Source: Octopus vulgaris (lineage: Eukaryota). From it: 64,000 nt of DNA. The position numbers and the translations under genes were made by a program. The stretch spans positions 44,020,001-44,084,000 of the forward strand of contig OX597824.1 in the NCBI GenBank assembly GCA_951406725.2, written 5' to 3'. The notes below the pieces were generated by a model that ran no database searches, was not told the origin of the DNA, and saw only the letters and a program-made list of their open reading frames with translations. Below, in pieces: positions 1 to 12,526 of this stretch; position 1 is the first letter of the stretch, and every line of letters starts with the position of its first letter.

Positions 1-979
1 GTTATGAAGCTTTTCCCAAGACCATTAGTGATGCAAGTAGTTTCAAATTAGGTATCAAAACCAAGTTGGAGATTTGGTTTAGAGATCGATAGCTTGTTGC
101 TGCAAAGAAGGCTACCATCAGAGTAATTTCTTATGATGGAGTGTAATACCAAATTTTCATGACAGAAGAGTGAATAAGGATATATTAAAATCTTTCATAT
201 AGGCATTAGCATTCCAACCTGAAGAATGACTGTTTACCAAGAGTATATAGTTGCACCACGAATCCACCACAAATTTTCGTTACGTATGAAATGTTAGAGG
301 TTAAGAGAGAACTGGAAAACTCATTTATTTCCAAGACTCTTTAATAGCATGCCAAACAGGCAGCTCAATTCATCAAGAGCTTCCAACTGCATCTCAGTTT
401 CCACACCACTAGCAAAATACTTTGTATTCTGCGTTCAAATCCCACAGAAGCCAACTTAAGTTTTTATCCTTTCAGGACCAGTAAAATAAGCACTGACTTA
501 ATCAACTACACTCCTCACAAAATTTTGTGGTTATGTGCCTATGTAGAAATCATTATTCTTGAGTGGAGACAATGTCAAATAAAAGGAAAGGATAGTGTTA
601 CTGGTACTATTTTCTCAACCAAAGGTTAAATCAATTCTGGAGAAACTATCTCAGGAAAGTGTTTAAATATTTATAAAGCATCCAATCTTGCTCTCACGGT
701 CTTGTCTTCCTCCATCACTGTGATTACAATAATGATTTATATAGGCATGAAGCATCAAATTTACACTAATAGAGAAATAAGGAATTGTAGTGATTATGTT
801 ATTCCAAAGAACATTAGTAGAAGTTAAAGCAGTTTATGGACATGGTTTGCCAGAGCTTAACATATCACTGCACTCTTATAATAAGGCTTTGATACTCAAT
901 GAAATGCTGCGATAAAAAAATATTCATGTCTCGCCTTTATAATACAGCTCATTCAACAACATTTTACTTTACAACCACG

Positions 980-1222
980 CAGCCTCCCTGCAAACTCTAG
1001 GACAACAGTGAACCTGACAGCATCTTTATTATGGAAGCAAGCAACTTGCCAACATTTACCACAGCAGCAGACAGCTTCCCTGCAACTTTACCATAGCAAA
1101 CAGGCATCTTGTCAGCAATATTATTGAGACAACAAACATTGACAGTAATATTGCTTATGAAAGCAAAAGTCTTGCCAGCAATTTCACCATGGCAAAATAC
1201 AGTATACTAGCAGTCCCTTATG
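980..1222. repeat. Degenerate tandem repeat, about 8 units of 29-33 bp
   Basis: Recurrent unit resembling (c)ttgccagcaattt(t)accatagcaa, e.g. cttgccaacatttaccacagcag, cttccctgcaactttaccatagcaa, cttgccagcaatttcaccatggcaa. Confidence 0.6.
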
Positions 1223-1673
1223 AAAAATAAAGCAATTAGTATTACTGCCTCTCTGGAAGCAACTCCATATCACCTGAATGCACCACAGCTGTACAAGCAG
1301 CAACAAACAGCAATAAAAAATGGAAGATGTGTACCAGTTTGGTGAAAGATCTATACAGCAGTAAGAAAAGTAAAAAATTCTATTTTAGTAGAAAAATAAT
1401 AACCTAGAGCCCCCTCCTCCAAAATATGAGAAAGCTGAACAAGAAAATATTTTTTTATAGTAGAAAAAGGCTAGGGGTTTGGGCTAGAAGTCTGGTTTCA
1501 GAGAATGATACAGAATAAAACAAAATTAGAATTTTTTAAAAAATCTAAGTAAAATAAATTAATTTTAAATGTGTGTGTGTATATGTATGTATGTATACAC
1601 ACATATATTACATAAAATAATTAAGCTCTAAGGTAATTTAAAGGAATTGTCTCAAGAACACTTGTCAAAATAG

Positions 1674-1716
<43 letters not shown>

Positions 1717-3026
1717 TGTAGTATCAAGATAAATTAACATAAGCAATATAATTTCTTAAAAATAAACTTGCTGCAGGTGATATTTAGAGAAATAAGCTCT
1801 TTTTTTTCCTTTTTATTTTTTAAACCTGGAGTGTGCACTTAAGGCCAAATTAGCCTCAATACCAAACCAATTGTTGGGACCTTATCTATATTACCTTCAC
1901 AAATGCTCAATTCCTTTCCCAAAAGAAGCTGGTTTTATAATTTTACTTTCATCACATTTGGTTTCAAGTTTGAAATCAATAGCTAAGCACTGATTAGTTT
2001 TAGTTAAAAAAAAAAACTTTGAGAACAATGATATATGATTAGTCATCAACTAAAAAGAGCTTGAAAGGGGGTAAAAGTAACTAACTTGAAATAGCAGTAC
2101 TTATGCCTGATCTCATAACCCCAGCATATGAATATGTGAATGAAAAGAAATATTGAAAGAAATTGGCATTTCTTTTTAACATTCAAACTCTAGCAATGAA
2201 GGGTGGGAAAACACAGAAAGAGACGGGCAATAAGAGGTAGATATTACCCAGCTGGTAGGAGTCAGAGGAGTCAGAGCAGTTTTGAAAATACCATAAAAAT
2301 GGCTCAAAGACCACATGATCCTGGTAACCTGCTTTATGGAGTAATTAAAAAACAAATGTGCAAATACAAAACATGGAGGGTGTTTTTCTTTTCTTTCTCC
2401 GTGATATCAGTTTGTACAAGACTAATCCAGAATTTTCCTTAATAACTGATGAACAATAGTGTCTTATTTAAATCTTAAATTCACACTCATTCATCTAATA
2501 TTTCAAAGAGTTTTCCCTTTATTTCATTATTTTTATTAATATTATTTTTTTCCATTTAAAATAGCAGTATTACCTACCAGTTGTAGTCTTACTCAATTAA
2601 ATTGCCATCGTCATGATCCACAACTATATCGCCTGTTTCATAGGTTTTTTTTTGTTTGTTTTTTTTTTTTACTAAGTGAAATACTTACATTTAAAAGGTT
2701 ACACGGTTACCATCCAAAGGTTTAACCAATTGACTCTCTATTTTGTACAGTTCTGGGATACAGTTTTTCTTCAGATATTTTTAAAATTTTGTTTGTCTTT
2801 ACACATTGTACAAAATAAAAGCCTAATAAAGTAAGTCCACCAAAGGGGATAATGAACTGCTAGAAATTACAGATCCACTGTAGAGCAAGATGACTGATCA
2901 ACCAATACCAGGTTGTGTAGCAGGACTTTGCACGCTGGAAATCTCAAGCTGTTTAACCAAAGACATAAGATCTGGTAATTTATTATCTTTTTTTTTTTTT
3001 TTTTCAAAAATTTTTTTCCCCCGAGA

Positions 3027-3357
3027 TCAAAGTTTCAGTTCGTTGGCAATTTTGGATGCAATATTTTTGAATCCTATTGATGTCCCTATAATCCGTTTGA
3101 AACGAACACCATTCAATGACAGTCTTGGAAGCTTGCACACTTCCATCTCCCATTGTACTAAGCTGTCTATTTTTGGATCTCCATGGATGCAGAGCAAGAG
3201 AAACTTTTCCCGTTGCTCATAATCACAGTTGTTTGAATCCAAGACTTTGCGAATTTCTTTCATCATATCATTAGGATCCATTGAGCTGGTCGTTTTCATA
3301 CTCCATGTGAACCTCAACGAACGCGGCTTAACTTGATCTTCTTTATCATTCACTGAC
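3027..3357 (-). CDS. MARK: MARK/PAR-1 last coding exon, KA1 domain (alternative in-frame acceptor extends it to 3372)
   Basis: (R)[109 protein letters not shown] matches the canonical MARK KA1 C-terminus. TGA at 3029-3027; acceptor CAG at 3360-3358. Confidence 0.97.
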
Positions 3358-4023
3358 CTGCGGAACAATTTGCTGAAAATTAGAAAGATAATCGGTAGGG
3401 GAAATCAGAGGACATAAACTAAAAGGATTTTAGAATTAACTATAATTTAAATAAAAAGAATATAATGGTTCTTATTGGAAAAACTGAAGTAATTTCTTTG
3501 TGAGGAATTAAAAATCCTCATAATCAAAAAAAAAAAAAATAGGATGAAATTAGGAAAGCAACTGTTCCTTTCTGTATGAGCTTTTTAGAACAAAACAAAA
3601 AATTTGTATCTATGAAAGAGACTAGAGACATTTTTAAAAAGAATGTAAAATAAGTACATCAGTTTCAAAGAAATGTAATAATTTCATAGAAAGCAGAATA
3701 AATTCTTTTTAAAAAACTAGAAAGAAAAAGAAACCAAAAGGAAATTGAAATAGGATTAACTAAAACATTTATGTAAAATATTTCTGGTTAAAAAACTAAA
3801 TTGCTATGAAAGGATAAAGGCTTTATATGGAGGTTTGGGAAAGAGGACCAAGTAACTGTAAATAGGGGATATTAAGATTAAAAAAGGCCACATTGAACAG
3901 AAGTAAATATTTTGCATGTAACATTTAATGAACTGAACAAATATGAACAAAATGTTGGTGTATGTGTAGATATACGAAGGTGTATGCGTTTGAGTTTGAG
4001 TTTTTATGTGTGTATGTGGTTGT

Positions 4024-4058
<35 letters not shown>

Positions 4059-4885
4059 CATACATATATAAAAGCACATTATACAAACATGCACACATAG
4101 GAAATGAACAAAACATTCTGTGTTCTCTGATTTCACCACATTCAACATAAATAATAACAATGAGGAAGCAAACAAATGAAATATATTGTTAGACATTGAT
4201 AAATGTAATTAACTTGAGAGGAAATCTAGTTTGGTAAGTTCCAATAACAATTAAATTGGACAAAACTGTTAAGCGTGTTAAACTAAAAATAATAAGAAAA
4301 AATAATTGCATACAAATGCTTGGTGCAATTCAGTTCAGTCATTTAATAGGCATAGCTTTGCATCCTCCTGATTATTGATTTGAGGAGGAGCAATGCATTG
4401 ATGTGAGATTTATAACATTTTAGAAAAATTTCTTCATATACTTAGTCTAAAGTTATGAGTAAAATTTAAATCAGAGCCAAAATAAAAGAAAAAACAGTCC
4501 CAAGAATGTATCAGACAAATTTGGTCAAAAACAGAAGTACAACTGGATTTTTTTCACAAGCAATTATAACAGAGAGGAAAATAGAATTAGCTGAAAGCCA
4601 AAGGTTTTAATTATCATTGGTTAAGCATCCATTTAGAAAGGAAAAGGAAACAAAGTAGAAAGAAATTTTACATCTAAAAACTTTGTCTAATAATGATTAT
4701 CTAAAATGACAAACTTAAATTCATTATTTTCAAATGAACATTCCAATTGGAAGCCTCTTAAAACTGAGATATCTAACATTAGCAGTATGTCATTAGGTGT
4801 TTTTAGTGAACGAATTTAAATTGTATTTCAGCTTCTATAGCTGGTACAGTTTCGAATGTATAAAGGAAAACAAATGTATATTTAA

Positions 4886-5105
4886 CCCTTTTGATACCAA
4901 CCTGCCAGTGACTGCTCCTGGTTCTATGATAGAAATTTTCTGTTTTAAAGAGATCTAATTTCAAATCATCCATCTAAATTTCATGTTGACTTAATTCCAA
5001 ACACTAGCTTTCTAGCAGTGAAGTTATTTTAATAAATTCTTCTAATTTTCAAAATTAATTGAAACAAAGGGAATGTATTTCATCAGAAATATGGTAACAA
5101 AAGGG
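4886..5105. mobile_element. piggyBac-like MITE (TTAA target)
   Basis: TTAA|CCCTTTTGATACCA...TGGTAACAAAAGGG|TTAT. Related truncated copies at about 35315-35457 and 40691-40870. Confidence 0.75.
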
Positions 5106-8100
5106 TTATATAAGGATTTGGGTGTAAAGGAAATTTGAAATAAAATATGTAAGATTAGATAAAATTAATAAACAAAAGCTGAATGATCAATGGTCTTTGT
5201 AAACTTGTTATAGTGTGCATTTTTGTAAGAAAATCAAATATTTCAAGGATATTCAGTCAGAAAACCACATCCAGTTAAATTGGTTGAGTTAACAGAAAGA
5301 AAAGCAAAATGAATCCAAAGCAAGCAAAATATGAAAGAGAATTACAGATAAATCTATTCACATTTGTAAAATTATTTGAGCAACAGTAAAAGTAAAAATT
5401 TGAGTGTTACAAAATAAAAAGTCTAGCAATTAATAAATGTGTGTACATACTGGCACAAATAACAAAAAATGTTCGTCGAATTTTCATCAAAGATTCTTTG
5501 GTCTAATATAACGTATTGATGGATAAATATTATGCTGGCTTTATGTGATTTAAAACCAACTGAGATTAACATTGCCATCAATAGTTCTAACTTTTCTATA
5601 TTGAAATGCTTTAATGCTAGCATCAGTACTGCATAGCAGTTAAGCATGCTCAATCAATTTTTACAATGTTTCGATAATCTAAACAGTAGTTTATGGAACT
5701 TTTTGAAATAATAGATGCTTAATACTGTTCTAACAAACATTCCCCTAAGTGTTCTACAGTCATTTGAACTTATTCAAATACAGACATTTTGTAAGATAAT
5801 TACTCAAGCAAGATTTTTTGAGAAAATCATGATGCAGTAGATATCATGGACAGAACAAGAGACTTTGTGTGGTTGTCATAGATTTCACAAATGCATTTAA
5901 TATTGTATTTAACTGGTTGGCCTATGATAAGTACATAGAGTGTTGGGATATCTGAAAAAGTTCGCTTATATGATACAATCTCAACACTAGCAAAAGGGCT
6001 TGGGCAACACAGATGAATTCCATTTGAAGTCAAGCAGGGCTGAATGCTAGAACCAACATTATTCTCACTTTGTTTATCAGAGATGCTCAAGCAGGCATCC
6101 TTCAACTCAACAGAAATTGTACACATACAGACAAGACCAGCGTTATACCTCAAAACTAACTCTGCAAACAGACATATTAGTATTTGCTTTTGGCAGTAGT
6201 TACAAAGTTTGGCTTGAATATTAATATTTGGAAAACTGAAGTTATTTTATCAACCAAATCCTCACTTTAGTCAAATGGTACAATTCAAGCCCATTATTAT
6301 TGATGGGCAGAAGAGGTAAATCAATCTACTTATCTAAGGTAGTACAATCAGTAGTGAAAGTAGTTTCAGTGATAAAGTAGATTGCAGCTTCACTAAGACC
6401 AGTTTTGCATTTAAAAGGATGAGGGAATGACTGGAACTAGCAGCTTGTAATATCCCAAGTAAAATGCAAAGTAATTATCCACACTATTATATGCATCACA
6501 AGCATGCAAACAAGTATATAAAAAAAATAATGCATGCATTCATGAAGCACTCAAAGTAGATCATTCATAGCAATTGAAAAGATAAGGTCAGCACCATTTT
6601 CTTATTGAAAATCAAGCACACCAGCATAGAAGAGATGTTGGCACAGTAAAATATCAGCTGGTTTGAGTATGTGCAAAGGGTGGAGAAAAGCTCAGTTACT
6701 GAGACATACTCTGCTCACAATTGCCTACAGTATCAGCAACATGATCAGATTCCAAATGTAAGAAGGAAAATTGAACATTGATACCTATAGTTGGACCCCA
6801 ACAGCTCAGGAGAAAAACCAGTGGAGGGGAGTGTTCACTTTTGAAATGACTTGTGATTTAAGATACTAACAATCATCCTTAACCATCAACAGAGAATATG
6901 ATGATGACTTAAGATTTAAAAAATCCTCCTTTATTTTAAGATGTTTGATAATAAAACTAGATGGTTCCCGGATTAGTAAGAAATAATAGCCACATCTCCT
7001 AAAAAAAGTTAAGTGATCAAGGCTGCTCTGCTTGATTATAGATGACCCAGAGCTAAGCAACTAGATTTTCAATAATAAAAGAGAATTTTTTTTTTTCTGA
7101 AACTACTATTTATACATGTAACACAAACAACAGGGTTGGAAACTTTTGGGGAAATTATCAGGTTTTGCTTTTAATTGTTAATGCTGTTTTGAAATCATGG
7201 AATTTACTTTCACAACAGCTGTTAAACAAGCACATAGAGGTATGAATTTTCCACTATATTTCTCTACTTATATCTAGGGAGAAGAATCTGAAATTTAAAG
7301 TTTTGAGATTTAGATATGGAATAGAAATAAAAAATTTCAGATAATACACATGTTTGAATATCTAAAAGAATGGAGGGTTATGTGATCAAAATAGTAACAA
7401 TAGAGAAACAAATAAGTTTTGATATTAGAAGTGGGTTGGTTGATGATGAGTACCCAAAGCAAGGCAAAGTAACGAGCTAGTGAATCAACTGAAATTTGGA
7501 GGCCGTGTTCCACACTTATAAACATGTCCTTTGTTTACAGAGACTCATGGAAAAATGTAATAGCTGTTATTCAGAAATATTATTATATGTACTAGTAGAA
7601 CATAAGTATTATTTTCACAACTATATATTACAAAGACTACAGTGTGTGTATGCGTGCACACACACACATGCATTATTTTACTGCTACAAGGAAAATACTG
7701 ATAGTTACTTGGAAGTTTCAGCCATAATCAGAGTGTAAATTATGCTTGTTTGCAAATCTCATTATATAATTACTTGGAGTTCATCACAAAGCCAATATTG
7801 AAAAATCAAAATTCTTACTCAGTCATAAATCACTGAATCTGTGCTGTGTCTAACCTAAATTTGACCTATGCCCCAATACAAATCTAACATATCACCTTCA
7901 CCTCTATATATACACCCATATTAATAATCAACCATTAATTTCTGACATATTTAGTGTCAAAAATCATCTGAAGATATTCAACAAAGCTAATTTTAAAAAA
8001 CTGAGTATGAACTGTCCGTGATCTGTACTCCTATACAAATCTCACAGTACCTATATTTTACATACATGCTCAAATGAAGTATAACAATAACAAACAATAA

Positions 8101-9714
8101 TTCATTAAGCCACCCAAATAATTTCAACTTTAAATATCTGATCAGAAAAATGTTTTTACCATCATTCTTTCCTACTCTCACCTATAGATATTTTCATTTT
8201 TCTTTTCTTTCAGCTTCCTCTCACCAAATTTATTCTACTACTAATTTGTATTCCTACAAAATTTTCTCCCACCCAATTAAAACATACATAATGGTATTTC
8301 TATACATGCCATGAAAATACTCCAGAATACCACACATACAGCTTTATTTCTCTTTCCACAAAATGAACCACAAATAATTATATCTAAGACTTGCAAAACC
8401 AAAATAATTAGCAGTCCAATGATGATAACACAGCTGAATCTTCAAAGAGACATTTCTTTGTAAAATATATGTTACTCTATGGAAAAGTATTGAGATCCTT
8501 CAATTTAATAATGGACTGTTTTAAAATTTGGCTATAAACGAAAACACATGCATGTGTGTACACACATACGATACAGGAAATGAGAAACAGTGGTTTACAA
8601 ACAATTTAGTTACATTAATATTTGCATAGTTAAAATATTATGAAATTTGTGTGTGTGCGCATGTACACAAACACACACCTGTGTATATGGATACATATAT
8701 ACATGTAGTCATCCAATACAATTTATATGTGTATTTTGATCTTGTATTCTTCATTTTGTCACAAGATATCCATTATTTCATACAAGCAAGAGACATTGTA
8801 TTTTGACAGTTTTAGATATATACATACGAATAACTAGACCAGAACGAATACTCTCATATCATACAATTAACATTGATTATGAATTGGGACCTATATCTAT
8901 ATTCAGGTCAACAGTACAAGTACAATAGTATGCTTTGGAGTATAAATGTGTATGTAGCAACATTTTATCTCCTGCTTTTATTATCAGTAATTCAGTACCT
9001 TATGTTTACATCCAATTTTTATTGTAATTAATTAATTAGATACTTATATGGATTCTTCAAACCTCAAAAATATAACAGAGGTAGTTTGTGTGATGCATAT
9101 CAAGTGTGATATTTCTCAGTTCACAACTAATGCTTAAGTGATAACAAACAATGAATGAAAAAAAAAAAAATCATAAGTTGGTAGTTGACAATTCAAGTCA
9201 TAAACTTACAACAGTTACTGATACAATAAAATCAATAAGCTATCATTTTAACAGTGTATGAGAAAACATGTTATTAAACATATCAGAATAGGAGGAAAAT
9301 ACAATTCAAAGAAAGTAATGATGGTTTTGTGTTAAGAAAAACCAATTAATAAATCCATAAAATTTAACAAGTTTGTATGACTCGAGAGGTGATGTTTCTA
9401 TGAAAGCTAGGTTTTTTTCTGGGAAAGGGAAATGCAGTCAAAAATATCAGAGTCAACCTCTCCTAAAACTACATGAATTTTATTAAATGCATGATGTAAT
9501 GTGCAAAAGAGAAGGAAAATAAAAAAAAAAAAGAAGAAATGAAAAAAAAAAAACCCCAAGAGAAGAGCCCCATTCAAATGGCAATAAAATAATCTACAAA
9601 GCATCTGAAATTCAGTGAAATACTTGATGTATATTAAGAATTGATAAATAACAATAAAATGATAAATACGAACATATACATACATGTGTGTGTGTGTGTG
9701 TGTGTGTGTGAGAT

Positions 9715-10053
9715 CACTGCTTTTCCAGGCTTGCATGAGTTGGACAAAGTATTATTGAGGCAGATTTTTCTACAGCTGGATGCCCTCCCTATCACCAACC
9801 CTCACTTGTTTCCAAGCAAGGTAATATTTCCACATAACCAGACATGTTTATGCAGGATATTGGAAAAAAAAACAACACTTCTTATAATTTTACAACTATC
9901 ACATAATATCAAGACAAGGCAACATGAACATATGCAAACTCATACAATGGGTTTCTTTCAATTTTCATCTATAAAATTCACTCTCAAGGCTTCTATCGCC
10001 CTGGGGCTATAACACAAGACACTTGGCTAAGGTGTCATGCAGTAGGACAGAAC
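9715..10053 (-). mobile_element. Decayed SINE copy
   Basis: tttctacagctggatgccct..., ttgtttccaagcaaggtaatattt and aagacacttggctaaggtgtcatgcagtaggacagaac are shared in reverse complement with 41680-42050 and 49400-49740. Confidence 0.7.
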
Positions 10054-10099
10054 ACAAATTCATACATATATCATTTAATGTATACAGTATAAAGATACA

Positions 10100-11050
10100 A
10101 GTTGCTAATAATTTCTTGCTTTGGAGACACTTGCCTAGACAGGATTTTATAACATGCCTTGTGTCTCCAAGCACTCTTCAGGCTGAGCACTCTATATGCA
10201 AGTCAACTATTAATAGCTTATATCTTTATATTGTGTACATTAAATGATATTTATCCCTTATTGGATGGAATACTTTTAAGGAAACAATAAACTATGTGTG
10301 TGTATATATACCTATACTTACATATACAAACACACACACACACACACATATATTCTATTCTACTATTGTTTTCAGTCATAATGACTCCTTGGCCCAGTGT
10401 ATTTTGATTGCCACGTTTGTGAGTCGATATTGGAATACTTGAAAACAGCACTGAGTTGCATATTGACTTCTTAAACCCACTTGAATACCGTGTTCAAATT
10501 TTTCCATAGTATCTTCGGGGTCCTTGATTGCTTGTGATACTTTTTTTTTATCATCAGCATACCTGGTGAGTGTTTGAATATCTGATTGAAGCGTGTCTGA
10601 GGGAATCACCATGAACTAATACAGTTTCCTAGGTAACTCAATTAGTATTAATTAGAGAGAAGACCATTGGTTGTGACTTAAAAAAAAAAGTCACACAACC
10701 ATTCCCTTAGTTTACTAATGATACCAAGGTCATGCAATTTGTGACAGATCATCCCATGACTGACTTTGTTGAAACCCTCGACAAAGTTGAGATATATCAC
10801 ATCTACAATTGGCTGGTTGACTTGTTGCTTCAGTACTCATAAAGTTGTAATAGCTATGTGAGGCAGATCTTTCCTGCATGAAAGCCATGCTATATATGTC
10901 AATGAGTGGGTCATTTCCTTCTAAGATGTGATCAGCTTCTTTCTGACAAGGTTTTCCATGGCTTTGCAGACATGTGGAGTCAGAGAGATAGGTTTGTATT
11001 TGTTAGCATCTGCTCTGCTTCCTCCTTTCTAACATTTTGGGAAAGTTGCC
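10100..11050 (-). mobile_element. Decayed CR1/Jockey-type LINE reverse transcriptase fragment
   Basis: KGGSRADANKYKPISLT, HGF, VDVIYLNFVEGFNKVSHGMICHKL and TRYADDKK (YADD) occur in collinear order on the minus strand. Confidence 0.8.
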
Positions 11051-11499
11051 ATTTGTAAGGAAACTCTGGTAAAAGAATCGGCAACAGTTTTACAAGAGCT
11101 TTCTTGTTTTTAAAACAATAACCGGAAAACAATCAAGACCTGATGCTGAGTTCCTCTCACCAATGAAATGGATACTTGTTTCTTCTCTGTGTGGAGCTGC
11201 AGTGTTGAAAAACTCATCATGCTTCCTTATTTGCATATTGTCCAGTGGATAGGTGAAAAACACTTTGGAAATGTTTAACCTCCTGGAGTCTGCAGTCAGT
11301 GACTGTTGTAATAAACAATGGTTCTATCAACATGACAGATTCTACTGCAAATTTACGGTTCCTTTTATATTTTCAACTACCTTGGGTTTCTCTTCCCTTT
11401 CTTTTTCATGGGAAGTATGAGTGTATTTTCAATATCTAAAAGACTGTTTTTGGTGTGAGACTTCTTGCTATTATTAGGCAATTTGAGACTGTTATCTTT

Positions 11500-12505
11500 T
11501 ATCTCATAAGAATCCTACTGTTCTATTATGTACATTATTTACATCCTCATAAACATATAAAGACATATCTTCACATCAAGATAAACACATTTCGGCTGAT
11601 ATACCCTCCAACCTTCTTCAAGTGTCTTGAGGAAATTCTCATTACTAAGGTTTTTTTTTTCCGATGTTATTATTATAATTGTTCAAGTCACTGCTTGGAA
11701 TTGAACTCAGAATCTTGAGGTTAGTAGCCCACACTCTTAACCACTACACCAAATGCCCGTGGGCGATTATGGAGTGAATTTTAGGGCTTATAAATCTAAT
11801 ATTTTTCTATCCTTCCTTAATACCTGTTCCCATATGCTGCTCATATCTGCACTCAGTCTGCTTAGGAGGTTGTTGTAGTCTAGCATATGTGCTGCTTCTT
11901 TTAGTTTCTGTATTTTCCAGTGGTGTTCTTTGTCTATTATTTTAACTTCATCCCACAAGGGGTGGTCACCATTTTCCCATATATTGATCAACTATACCTG
12001 ATTTATCAATATCTCCTCATGTCTACCCTTCTTTTTTGAGGGGACAGCATGTTTCGCCTTTGTATAACCTACCACAGCTGCATGGGATGGAGTACACGCA
12101 GTCTTTCATCATATTCTCTTCTATTGGTGGTTTTACTTGAAGGAGATATTTGCTAAGTGTTGTAGTACTCTTGAACACTGTCCTGATGTCATATGGGCCA
12201 CATATCTTTTGTATCTTTTCAGAGAGACTTTCACATAGAGTAGACAGACTGTAAACAGTTTTTTGGCCTCATCCTCTCTCTTCATAATTGGAGGTGGTAG
12301 TTGTTTAACAGATCGTTATTGAGCCTGATCATTTCTTCGTGGTGTGTATCACGATTGCTACTTATATTCTTTGCACGATGTTTTAGGCACTAAGCAATTC
12401 CTCTCTTTACACTGTATGAATGGTGTGAATTGAAGTTGAGGTGTTGTCCAGTAAAGGTCGGCTTGCAGTATACAGATGTCCTGAATCCATACTTGGCATT
12501 CCTGG
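11500..12505 (-). mobile_element. Penelope-like retroelement, 3' fragment (RT thumb plus GIY-YIG endonuclease remnants and 3' region)
   Basis: SVYCKPTFTGQHLNFNSHH (VYRKPT..YLNFxSHHP); CVYSIPCSCGRLYKGETC (GIY-YIG); WDEVKIIDKEHHWKIQKLKEAAHM...LL ending at a stop at 11788. Confidence 0.85.
11690..11758 (-). other. tRNA-derived (Pol III A/B box) sequence, SINE-head-like, not a functional tRNA
   Basis: GGGCATTTGGTGTAGTGGTTAAGAGTGTGGGCTACTAACCTCAAGATTCTGAGTTCAATTCCAAGC contains A box TGGTGTAGTGG and B box GAGTTCAATTCC. The acceptor stem is poor. Confidence 0.65.
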
Positions 12506-12526
12506 ACATATAACATGCATCAAGTA

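Noticed and set aside
2890-3222. 110-aa plus-strand ORF
   Set aside because: Antisense shadow of the KA1 exon with no recognisable motifs.
10755-10790. Plus-strand DFVETLDKV suggesting an inverted RT segment
   Set aside because: The minus strand reads YLNFVEGFNKV collinearly with the rest of the LINE; the motif's codons are quasi-palindromic.
11690-11758. Possible tRNA gene
   Set aside because: A and B boxes are present but the acceptor and anticodon stems are poor; treated as a tRNA-derived repeat.
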